From Paragordius varius (lineage: Eukaryota > Animalia > Nematomorpha): a stretch of 64,000 nucleotides of DNA. Both the position numbers and the translations under genes were made by a program. Positions 10,925 to 22,549 of the stretch are shown here, one piece after another; position 1 is the stretch's first letter; the number at the start of each line of letters is the position of its first letter. Under the pieces are notes generated by a model that was given only the letters and a program-made list of their open reading frames with translations, did not search any database and was not told the DNA's origin. Location of the stretch: assembly GCA_964247055.1 (NCBI GenBank), contig OZ176057.1:5270001-5334000 (forward strand), given 5' to 3'.

Positions 10925-13900
10925 CTACAAAATATCCATGCAAATTATAGCCTTTCGATGACCAGAATATTCTTTAACACCTATAGTTTTAAAGGCGTCT
11001 CCAGAATTCAGTAATTTCCAAAGCCTGGCTTTCCCGTCACTGCAAGCTAAAAAATAGAGAAAAATCACGTAAAAATATTTATAGGAGAAATTAATAAATA
11101 CTAACTCTTTAGAACTGTGGACGAAAAAAAGATGGTTACAAAGATAATATTTTAGTGTTTTTAAAATAATTACAAGGTTGGTAATAACCTTATTTTATTA
11201 TATGTTTTCTATTTTATTTGAAATAAAAGTAAAATATTTTTTTATATAAAACCATAAAAATAAAACCGTTTTGTCCGAAAACTTTTCGATAAAAAATCGT
11301 AAAAAATCAGAGTAAAAAGGACTTTAGAACAAAAAAAACCTTTTGTTTGACTCTCAATATCTGTAAGCAAATTCTAAAAGGGAAAGAAAAATATAATTTA
11401 AAACCAACCAGTTAATAAATATCTGTAAGATGTAAGAATTTTTCCATGAGCGCTATTCATATTATAATGTTTATTGATTTTGGCATCCAAATTTAAATCA
11501 GCAGGCATGGAAAATTCTGAACTTAGGAATCGCGAACACCAAACCCATTTATTAACAGCTGGGTGTTCTAATTTCCAACATCCTAGTATTATTATTGTAA
11601 TGTAATGTAAAAATAATTATTTTCCCATTTTTTAGCAATGGTAAAAGATTTAGAAACTAATTTTTTTTCTTACAAATTACCTATTCTTATGAAGAAAAAA
11701 AAACAAAATTGAAGAAAATTTTAATTTTTTTAAAAAACATATATATAATAAATATCGTCAACTATTAAAAATTAAAAATATTTTTTTCAAAAAAAACGGT
11801 TAATCTAAACTTTAGAATCAAGTTAAAATTATGTATTTATTCAAGAACCATTTTATATTTTTTTAATCAAAATATTCTTAAACCTTGTATTTCTCAAATT
11901 TAATTTATGGTTAAATTAAACAAAATGTTTGCTGGCTACATATTTTACCTTGATTTTGAGATAACCTTTCTTTGAAACTTTCATCGTGAGTGTTTGAATT
12001 CTCAAAAGTATTTCTCCATATTAAAGTTTGGCCTTTATCCGTACAAGTTGCTACATATCTAAAATAATAATACAGTAAAAATAAAGACAAAAACGTACGA
12101 AAAACCCTTCATTATAAGCTCTCTATCGCTTTGAGTTACAAATTAATAAGAGAGATGTAAATTGTTGATAATATATTATTTCTATTTCAAAATCTTAATC
12201 GTAGACCAACAAAGTCCTATTGCTATAACGTATTCGCAATCTTGGCTGGGCCATAAAAATGCGTCGACGGCAAAACACAGTTTTCTAATGACTTTAGGCA
12301 TGTGTTACGTTAAAAATTGCCTCAAATAACCATAAAGTATAAATATTATGAATATAAATTACTTTGTAATATGAAAACTCAGATCAAAAGCCTTACCCTT
12401 GATAACAATCTTAATCATAATGGTTATATGAAATTAATCAAATGATCAAAATATAGCTCTCTAAATAAATAAATATGTCGTTTTAATACTTTTATAATTT
12501 AATGTTACTTAAATGATAAAAATATCAGAAATTTGAAAAAACAAAACAATCTTAAAACTATTTTTTCAAAATTTTAAATTTTAAAAAAAGCCAGAAAAAA
12601 GTAATTTCCAAAATAAAACAAAATAACTTTGCATCAGGTGAAAATGTGCAATTCAAAACGTATTGGTTCATTTGTTCCGTCTTGCTTTGGAAACAATGTT
12701 GATTCGTATTAAAATTATCAAAGCTTTGTAGTAATAAATTACCATTTTCATCATTACAATGTAAAACTTCGTCGTCCGAAGTTGGCCCATCACTGTTTAC
12801 AATATCCTTCTTATTTTGACTTATTTGGGCAAAATTTTCGCCACTCTTTTTATCTAATAAAGCGATTAAACTTTTTGTTAATATTGTCAACGAGAACACA
12901 TATTTTATGTTAAAATAATAGATTGAATTCTCTTAAAATTTATTAAATTATATCCAAAATTTTCGAATGGATTAATTACTAAAACAAAAGAAAATAATTA
13001 TAATAAGATACATTGAAAAAGATACCATGTAACAAAAAATTTGGATATAGTTTAATTTAATAATATCTTTTACGAGAATTCTCAAATTATTATTTTATTA
13101 AACTTTTTGTTTTTGAGTTTGATTCGGATTCAGAGAAACCAACAGTTATTTGATGTTGGGGCGAGCCAATACATTTTAGCGGAGTGCAAAATTCATACAT
13201 ACGGAGTTGAAGTGATTTATGAAGTGCCATATATAACACATTGGGAAGACACGTCCTAAGTCCACCATTGTAGGACAAGGTTGAGGAATGTGGTGATTTT
13301 TTCAACGATCTTATATGATGGCGATTAGTATCTTGGCTAACATTGAAATTTAGGTTAAATATGTTGTTTGCCATGATATTATTAGTGTTGTTGTAATTAA
13401 CAGAGTTTGGATGACCAGTTTGATTATCATTTTCTAAGGGTAATTTTTAATAAATTTAAATTAGGAAAATTATAAATTCAAGGATTTTTTTCTATAAAAT
13501 ACAATTAAAAGATAAAACTATGTTTCCCAACATACATGTCTATTCGTATTTCGCAAATTAATACAAAATTTTATTTTAAGGGAATCAACGTTTAAAAAAT
13601 ATTTATATTATAAATAATGATGGTTTTATGTGATTTGCCTTTATTGAATATTTCAATTTTTACTCTTCTGATATGGTAACAAATAGATAAAATTTAATAT
13701 TAAATTTAACATAAAATTTTATAATCTTTTTTCCATCATAATTTAGTAAAGATCATAGCAATTTTAAAAAAAATTAAAAGATGGTCAAAAATAAATTTAA
13801 CATACAGAAAAAATATACGAATAAAACGTAAAAATATAAAAATTATGTTTTAAAGACAGCCATTTTAAAACCTTAATTTTTCTCACATATAAGTTAGGGT

Positions 13901-14343
13901 TGGAATTACTTAGGCTTATGATGAGATTTACATTGTTTTTGATGTTTGTTATACCATAGATTCGTATATATTTGTAACCTATATATAAATTATTTGAAAT
14001 GTGGAAAATATGATTTTAAATTTTATTATAATCAAACAAATAAAATATAATTGTTTGATTTAATTTATTTAAAAGTAGCAAATAGCCACTTTAAATCCAT
14101 GTTTAAACAAAATATATTCAAAGCAAAAGCAGCCAGATATTTTTCGTCCCCAGAAAAAGATATATCGTTAACTTGCTAAATAATTTATATTATTAATTAT
14201 AAATATATATTTAAAGAAAAATATAAATTTTATGATATTACTGATTCCGGATGCTGTAAGGTGCAAAATGATGGATTGGAATCCCCGATTTTTAATAATC
14301 TCATTGAATGATCATAGCCAGCCGTAGCAAAAGGTTATACCAT
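10925..14343 (-). pseudogene. LST8: LST8-like WD40 paralogue, copy 1 (disrupted)
   Basis: The exons match LST8 in order: FATAGYDHSMRLL..TLQHPES / QVNDISFSGDEKYLAA / GYKYIRIY / QYVLNCTFSPDAK / YVATCTDKGQTLIW / KWVWCSRF...YLLT / ACSDGKARLW...EYSGHRKAIICMDIL*. Lesions are TAA at codon 3 (14335-14337), a deleted intron-2 donor (~14125) and the missing half of exon 3. Confidence 0.85.
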
Positions 14344-15444
14344 TTCAGTATGAGTATAAATATTGCGATTTTTTCCACATATGTCATATGAGATACGATA
14401 ACCGCTGAGAATACTGCTGAGCAAGATATAACAAAACAAAAGCTTAACTTCCGAATTTAATACGGAATCAGGCTGACATCCGCATCAAATTGAAATTTTT
14501 AGTTTGTCACGATTCCTGATATGCATTAAAAATCTAAAATATTTTCTACTAAACGCATTCTAAAAACCATAACTTTCCCTAAACAAAATAAACATTTAAT
14601 GAACCATTCTGCCCGAAAGAGTAATTTTCTACCTTGAAGGATATTTTTGAATTTATGTATGTATGAATACCACCTAGCATTAGAGAAATTCGAATGAAAA
14701 TTTGGGACAACTTAAATAAAATGAGCTTATATCGTTAAAGTTAACGTTTAAATATAATTAATAATGTTGTATGCTATGCAAATATTTTTTGTCTCCAATA
14801 AAAATTAGGCTATTATATTTTTATAATATGGATATTTAAAATTTATTAAGGCTTCATTTATCCTTGTATATTATACCAGTGAGTATAAAATTAGAGGTTT
14901 AATAAATTTAACTTATAGATCTAATTTTATAAAATATATTTCGCTCATTTAGGGTTTTGCTCAATATATTATCCAGTTTTAAAATAACTCTTATATATAT
15001 ATATATAAAGATTACTTGACAAACCAAATCCTTCCATTTTATTTAAAAATATTTTATATATATTAAGAGTATTAATTCCGATATTTACAATCATTTAAAT
15101 ATAATCTATCATAAATATTTGGAATTAAATTTTATGATGAACATTTTATTGCTTACATGTCATCTTTTTACTCTTAAACAAACAATCGCTCACCACTCGG
15201 CAGATTGATTGCCCTCTACTATTTCATTATTCCAAAAATAAATTATTTATTAGGATTTTGTAAAAAAAATAGTATATTTTAAACATGTTTTTATTTAAAA
15301 TCCTAAATGGTTTTGTTGGGAATCATATCCTGGTTTGATAAAAATATTTTTTGGATATATGCGATGTAAATTAAATTTAAAATATTTAAAACAACAGATT
15401 TAGCAACTATCGAATGTTCATTATCCTCTTTAAATTAGGTAAAG

Positions 15445-15540
15445 AGCGAAGTCGGCCTGCTTCGCAGCCGGACTTCTTTAAAAAAATGAATCAACTCTTA
15501 TCCCTAACCTAACCCTAGCCCAAAGTCGAAAGCCTTAAAG
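15445..15540 (+). repeat. Short GC-rich hairpin/telomere-like repeat, deletion variant
   Basis: GAAGTCGGCCTGCTTCGCAGCCGGACTTC hairpin followed by CCCTAACCTAACCCTAGCCC. A second variant lies at 16263-16350. Confidence 0.8.
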
Positions 15541-17789
15541 TTTTTCCATATAAAATTAAGTTTCTATGAAACATGTTTGACGGTTAAAACATATAAAATA
15601 ATCCTACACATACATAAATGATAATATTAATTTATTATATTTTTTTCTTGACACCAGATGTAACTTAGAGTAATGGACAATTGTCAGGCAAATATTTAAT
15701 ATTAGATCCTCAAAAAAAATATTTCGAATGATTTTAACTTAAACTGCCATTAATATAGAATTAAAAAAGAAATAATTTTAATTTAGCTATTTTTATAAAT
15801 AAATACATATTTTCATATATAGGCGGTCTAGTTTGGACACAACATCCTATTTTTTAAGAATAATTAATTTTTAAATTAAAAAAATATAAGGTTGAATAAG
15901 TTTTTATAATTTGATGATAAAATCAATATGGATAATTAGCAGATTACTTGCCAATAATTTTTAGGCTACCACAAAATATTCATCAAAGTATTTAAATATT
16001 ATATATCTATGCCTAAACAATATGATTTATATTAAGGATTTGGATGAAAATTATATGTAAACGTGATATATAATGTTTATAAGTCCTAATAGCTAAGAAA
16101 TGTTTTGTCCAATGTTTTTTACTAATACTAGCGCTGATCAATAATTAATTTCTGAAAAAATTTAACTTTTGTTACCTATCTCTGTTTTATTAATAAATTA
16201 TAATTGGAATCTTATATTTAAGTACAAAATTATTCATAAATATAAGGTATAAGTAGTAAGAAAATGCGTGAGTCTCCTGGGGACTTCTTTAAGAAAATGA
16301 ACCAACTCCAATCCCTCACCCTAACCCTAGCCCACAAAGTCGAAACCTTACAGTATCATACTATAAACTAGAGATTGAAATAATTTACATTTTTTACCAT
16401 ATAACCAAATATTTTTATTGATTTTCTAAACTGTAGTAAAGAATATAAATGCCAACTGTTTTTAAAAGATTTCAATTCAGCTTATGAATAAGAGGAACTA
16501 ATTATTAAAAAAAATTGAGGGATTTTATGATATTTTTATTTAACATTAATATCATGTTTTAATTTGTTCAAGTTATTGTCGTGTGGTTATATATAATTAT
16601 TTAATGAAGAAACTCTTTTGATTGATTTTTTAAAAGATTTGTTAATTTTAAATTAAACTGTTTATTAATGCTTAATCATGAAGACATTATGAATGATGGA
16701 GAATTATATTACAGGCTTAGAAGGTTTCGCGAAAATTTTAAGAATCCATTAAATTTTAAATAAAAATTAAGATCCATTCCACGATTGAGAATGTTACATT
16801 TCTAAAGTGGATAAATGTTAAGATAGCAACTTGATATTATTTAATGGTATTAAATGTAGTTTTAATAAAGGTAACTCTTAAATGACACAGTTTTGGCCTT
16901 CAATTCAACTGAATCCAAACTTCTTACTTTAACCCTTATCCCCAAAGTACACAACTTGTTCTAAATCTTATTTACCATTTTATTAGTTGAGTTAAAACAG
17001 AATAATACCTTATATATGATTGATTCCCATTTTAAAATCAATATATAGTAGAATTAATTAAGAGAGAATTATTATATTAAGGTAATTATGGTAGGCACAC
17101 TTTGAATATTGTTGAGATTGATCTAATTATTTTGGATGGAAACTCAAAATACGCAATTCAGAGCTCTTTGTTGTTGAAAGCTTATTATTATATGGTTGAA
17201 AGGTTATTTGATTTTTAAATTAATTTTAAAAGGTTACAAAAAGCATTTGAAAAAAAATCAAAATAAATAATTTTAAATCTTTTAGATAATAATCTATAAA
17301 TTTCTTGTAAACATTCTTTTTTTAAAAAAAAGCTTATACAATCACTAAATTATATACCAATCTTTAATCATATTACACATGTTAAAACTTAAATACCACT
17401 ATAAAAAAAGATTTTTTTAATATTAAAACATATAAGATTAATTAATTAATAAATTTTGATATTAGCCATTTGTGTAATCAAACATTTAAGTAAGAAAATA
17501 AATTCAAATTTCTCATTTATTATTACTACTAAAGATTGTTAAAATATTATTGCCATATTTTTTTAACATATTTTTCTCCGAATTTTATTTACATTTCTTA
17601 TAGGCGCCAGCCAATTATAACATTAATGTAATAATAAAAATTTATTTTTAGATATGATTGATGAATCATATATATAATAATATGTTTTATTTGAATGTGC
17701 ACATGGGGGGGGGGAATAATAATAATAATAGGCGCCCAAACAATGTTGCGTAACGAAAGAAAGGGAGGGAATAAATAATAATAATAATA

Positions 17790-17915
17790 ATAATAAGAGA
17801 GGGAAACGAAAGATATGTGAAACATTTTTCCAGAAGGGGGGAGAAAAAGGCGCAAATGCGCACATTAATTTGATTGGCTAAAAAGATAGCATACACATTA
17901 TGCCCTATATAAAGG
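17790..17915 (+). promoter_or_regulatory. Probable Pol II promoter (unit 1)
   Basis: G/purine-rich upstream blocks, an octamer-like GCGCAAAT, an inverted CCAAT (ATTGG 17873-17877) and TATATAAA at 17906-17913 inside the palindrome GCCCT...AGGGC. The block is paralogous to 43760-43870. Confidence 0.55.
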
Positions 17916-19229
17916 GCGAAAAATTTACTTTTTTCATTTATTTAATTTTTTTTTTGCCTTGCACATTTTTTGAGATGGATGGATAGATTGGGTCCATATG
18001 CAATTTCCCTTTCCATGTCTTGATCTGTCCGGCTATACAATGTATGTGCCATTACTATATAAGGTAAATTGTTTTTTTTTAATCATTAGAATACCATTGT
18101 TAATTGAAAAAAGGAAACTGCCCAACAAATCCTAGAAACAATCGAGCACAATATAACGACAAAGTATTAACAAGGTTGATATTATACGACTGTAATGGGA
18201 AAATACGTTCTAATACAATTCTGATCAAACAATATATGTAAGTTTTGCATGTTTTATGTAATACAGTATAATTACAAATGTTTTGCTGGGTTTGCATTAA
18301 AATATTGTGAGTTACATTTTATAGTAAAGAACATTTATTGACTGTAACAAGAATATTTTCTTGCTTCTTTCTGGCAAATTTTAACACAAACCTAATAATA
18401 TTTTATTAATTATACTGTAATTTTCCATTTTTTAAAAAACTAAATAAATGTCTAATTATGATACTATATTGCTAACAAGTAGTTTTCTTGATCTTTCAAA
18501 TATTTTTTTTTCATTTGATTAAAGAAGATATAGAAAGTGAAATGTTGTAATTATTTAGATGCTTGCTTGTTTTGAAATCTAAAATATCCATGCAATTTAA
18601 AATAATTTTACATAAATTATAGCACTTGGTAACATATTTTTGTATAGTATTTCTTTCTCTAAAATCTTGTAAAAAAAATTGATAAGGGAGAGGAAGTGTT
18701 AACATATAAAGGTTACCTTATGTTATTATTTTTTAGGTGCATGCTTGTCCTATAACATTTAATTTTTTAACAAATAAATTCATATTCTATGGCTTAATAT
18801 ATGGGCATTAACTAAATTCTATTAGATTTTAAAAATGATGCTGTAAAAACCACTATTTTGTTATCATTTTTTTAGGAAATTGCCAAAATTCCGGAAATTT
18901 TTATTCAGAAAATTTGTTTAAGATAATCAATTTTCCTTAAAATTTATAAAAACTTGTATATAAATTTCTTGCGGCAGCCTCAATATTTTGGAGAACCGCG
19001 TGTTGGCCACCCCTCCTCTAAAAAATTCCTAGTATTCAAATTATGTACAACAAAATGGTTTCTTTGGGTTTTCTGGCCTTTATTCATTGATATAAGGCCT
19101 TCTTTTCGAGTCTTTTATTTTTTTACATAAAATGTCTTAAGCTGGTTCAAAAAAGTAATACAAATGGTTTTAAAGTTTATTAAAAATATAGTAAATTATT
19201 TGAAATTGCTTTAAAAAAAGTGAGAAATT

Positions 19230-22045
19230 ATTTAAAAATCGGTTAAAGTTTTCTTAAAATATGTTTAAAATCGGTTAAAATATTCTAAAAATATTTTTAA
19301 AATCGGTTAAAATTTTCTAAAAATCGGTTGAAATTTTTTAAAAATTTGTAAAAATCGCTTAAAGTTTTCTTAAAATATTTTTAAAATCGGTTAAAATTTG
19401 CCAAAAATATGTTAAAAATCGGTAAAAATTTTATTAAAATTTGTTAAAAATCGGTTAAAATTTTCTTAAAATATGTTAAAAATCCGTTAAAATTCTCTTA
19501 AAATTTGTTAAAAATCTGTTAAAGTTCTCTTAAAATTTGTTAAAAATCGGTTAAAATTCGTTAAAATTTTTTTAAAATTCGTTAAAATTTTCTTAAAATT
19601 TGTTAAAAATCGGTTAAAATTTTCTTAAAATTTGTTAAAAATCGGTTAAAGTTTTCTTAAAATTTGTTAAAAATCGGTTAAAATATTCTAAAAATATTTT
19701 TAAAATCGGTTAAAATTTTCTAAAAATCGGTTGAAATTTTTTAAAAATTTGTTAAAAATCGGTTAAAGTTTTCTTAAAATTTGCCAAAAATCGGTTAAAG
19801 TTTTCTTAAAATTTGCTAAAAATCGGTTAAAGTTTTCTTAAAATTTGTTAAAAATCGGTTAAAGTTTTCTGAAAATTTGTTAAAAATCGGTTAAAGAAAG
19901 TTTTCTTAATTTGCTAAAAATCGGTTAAAATTTGCTAATAACGGTTAAAATTTGCCAAAAATCGGTTAAAATTTTCTAAAAATTTGTTAATCGGTTAAAA
20001 TTTTCTAAAAATTTGTTAAAAATCGGTTAAAATTTTCTAAAAATTTGTTAAAAATCGGTTAAAATTTTCTAAAAATTTGTTAAAAATCGGTTAAAATATG
20101 TTAAAAATCGGTTAATGTTTTTTTGAAATATGTTAAAAATCGGTTAATGTTTTCTTAAAATTTGTTAAAAATCGGTTAAAGAAAGTTTTCTTAATTTGCT
20201 AAAAATCGGTTAAAATTTGCCAAAAATCGGTCAAAACTTTCTTAAAATTTGTTAATAATTGGTTAAAGTTTTCTTAAAATATGTTAAAAATCGGTTAAAG
20301 TTTTCTTAAAATATGTTAAAAATCGGTTAAAGTTTTCTTAAAATATGTTAAAAATCGGTTAAAATTTTCTAAAAATTTGTTAAAAATCGGTTAAAATATG
20401 TTAAAAATCGGTTAATGTTTTTTTGAAATATGTTAAAAATCGGTTAATGTTTTCTTAAAATTTGTTAAAAATCGGTTAAAGAAAGTTTTCTTAATTTGCT
20501 AAAAATCGGTTAAAATTTGCCAAAAATCGGTCAAAACTTTCTTAAAATTTGTTAATAATTTTGGTTAAAGTTTTCTTAAAATATGTTAAAAATCGGTTAA
20601 AGTTTTCTTAAAATATGTTAAAAATCGGTTAAAGTTTTCTAAAAATTTGTTAAAAATCGCTTATAGTTCTCTTAAAATTTGTTAAAAATCGGTTAAAATT
20701 TTCTAAAAATCTGTTAAAAATCTGTTAAAAATCGGTTAAAGTTTATCTTAAAATATGTTAAAAATCGGTTAAAGTTTTCTTAAAATATGTTAAAAATCGG
20801 TTAAAGTTTTCTTAAAATTTGTTTAAAATCGGTTAAAATTTGCCAAAAATCGGTTAAAATTTGCCAAAAATCGGTTAGAGTTATCTTAAAATTTGCCAAA
20901 AATCGGTTAAAGTTTTCTTAAAATTTGTTAAAAATCGGTTAAAGTTTTGTAAATATCTGTTAAAAATCGGTTGAAGTTTTCTTAAAGTTTGTTAAAAATC
21001 GGTTAAAATTTGCCAAAAATTGGTAAAAATTTTCTAAAAATTTGTTAAAAATCGCTTAAAGTTTTCTTAAAATTTGTTAAAAATCGCTTAAAGTTTTCTT
21101 AAAATATGTTAAATCCGTTAAAGTTTTCTTAAAATTCGTTAAAAATCGGTTAAAGTTTTCTTGAAATTCGTTAAAAATCGGATAAAATTTGCCAAAAATT
21201 TGTTAAAAATCGCTTAAAGTTTTCTTAAAATTTGCCAAAAATCGGTTAAAGTTTTCTTAAAATTTGTTAAAAATCGCTTAAAGTTTTATTAAAATATGTT
21301 AAAAATCCGTTAACGTTTTCTTGAAATTTGTTAATAATAGGTTAAAATTTGTTAAAAATCGGTTAAAATTTTCTAAAAATCTGTTAAAAATCTGTTAAAA
21401 ATCGGTTAAAGTTTATCCTAAAATATGTTAAAAATCGGTTAAAGTTTTCTTAAAATATGTTAAAAATCGGTTAAAGTTTTCTTAAAATTTGTTTAAAATC
21501 GCTTAAAGTTTTCTTAAAATATGTTAAATCCGTTAAAGTTTTCTTGAAATTTGTTAATAATCGGTTAAAATTTGTTAAAAATCGGTTAAAATTTTCTAAA
21601 AATCTGTTAAAAATCGCTTAAAGTTTTCTTAAAATATGTTAAATCCGTTAAAGTTTTCTTAAAATTCGTTAAAAATCGGTTAAAGTTTTCTTGAAATTCG
21701 TTAAAAATCGGATAAAATTTGCCAAAAATTTGTTAAAAATCGCTTAAAGTTTTCGTAAAATTTGCCAAAAATCGGTTAAAGTTTTCTTGAAATTTGTTAA
21801 AAATCGCTTAAAGTTTTGTTAAAATTTGTTAAAAATCGCTTAAAGTTTTGTTAAAATATGTTAAAAATCCGTTAAAGTTTTCTTGAAATTTGTTAAAAAT
21901 CGCTTAAAGTTTTGTTAAAATTTGTTAAAAATCGCTTAAAGTTTTGTTAAAATATGTTAAAAATCCGTTAAAGTTTTCTTGAAATTTGTTAAAAATCGCT
22001 TAAAGTTTTCTTAAAATTTGTTAAAAATTGCCAAAAATCGGTAAA
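19230..22045. repeat. Satellite A: ~32-bp unit AAAAATCGGTTAAAGTTTTCTTAAAATTTGTT built of 11+11+10-bp subunits
   Basis: Direct tandem array with a near-exact 300-bp higher-order duplication (20101-20340 versus 20401-20640). Confidence 0.95.
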
Positions 22046-22549
22046 AAATATGCCTATATCCAAATTTTGCAGCTAATAATAATTGCCTAAAAATCGGAAA
22101 GTTAAAAAAATGCTTAAATTGTAAATATTAATTCGCTCAATTCGGCAAAATGCTTAAGAAAAATGCCCGCAAATTGGATTTTGGATAATCACACACAAAA
22201 CATATCATTCATTCTTAAATAGCGTTTTTTTAATTATTATATTGTATCGTTTATATTTATCAATTTATATATTTTCATTATTTTTTTTAGAATGTGTTGC
22301 CTCAATCAATTATTTGCACAAAACTGAAACGAATCTAAATGAAAAAATTTTGGCTCGATATTTCGGAATTTGGTAATTTCTTTACAGTTTAATAATTCAA
22401 ATAAGTAGTTTATTATTATATTTATATTAAACTGTAAAAGTTTATTTATTTAATAATATACTTACCATTGGTTAATAAAACAGTTAAATTTTTTAAAACA
22501 TTTGTTTTATTTGAGTTGTTTTGATATTTCAGTTTTTTTTAATTTATCA

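Noticed and set aside
17598-17896. Overlapping minus-strand ORFs here and at 43579-44008
   Set aside because: They arise from low-complexity purine/AAT-rich promoter-like sequence open in several frames, and there is no coherent protein.
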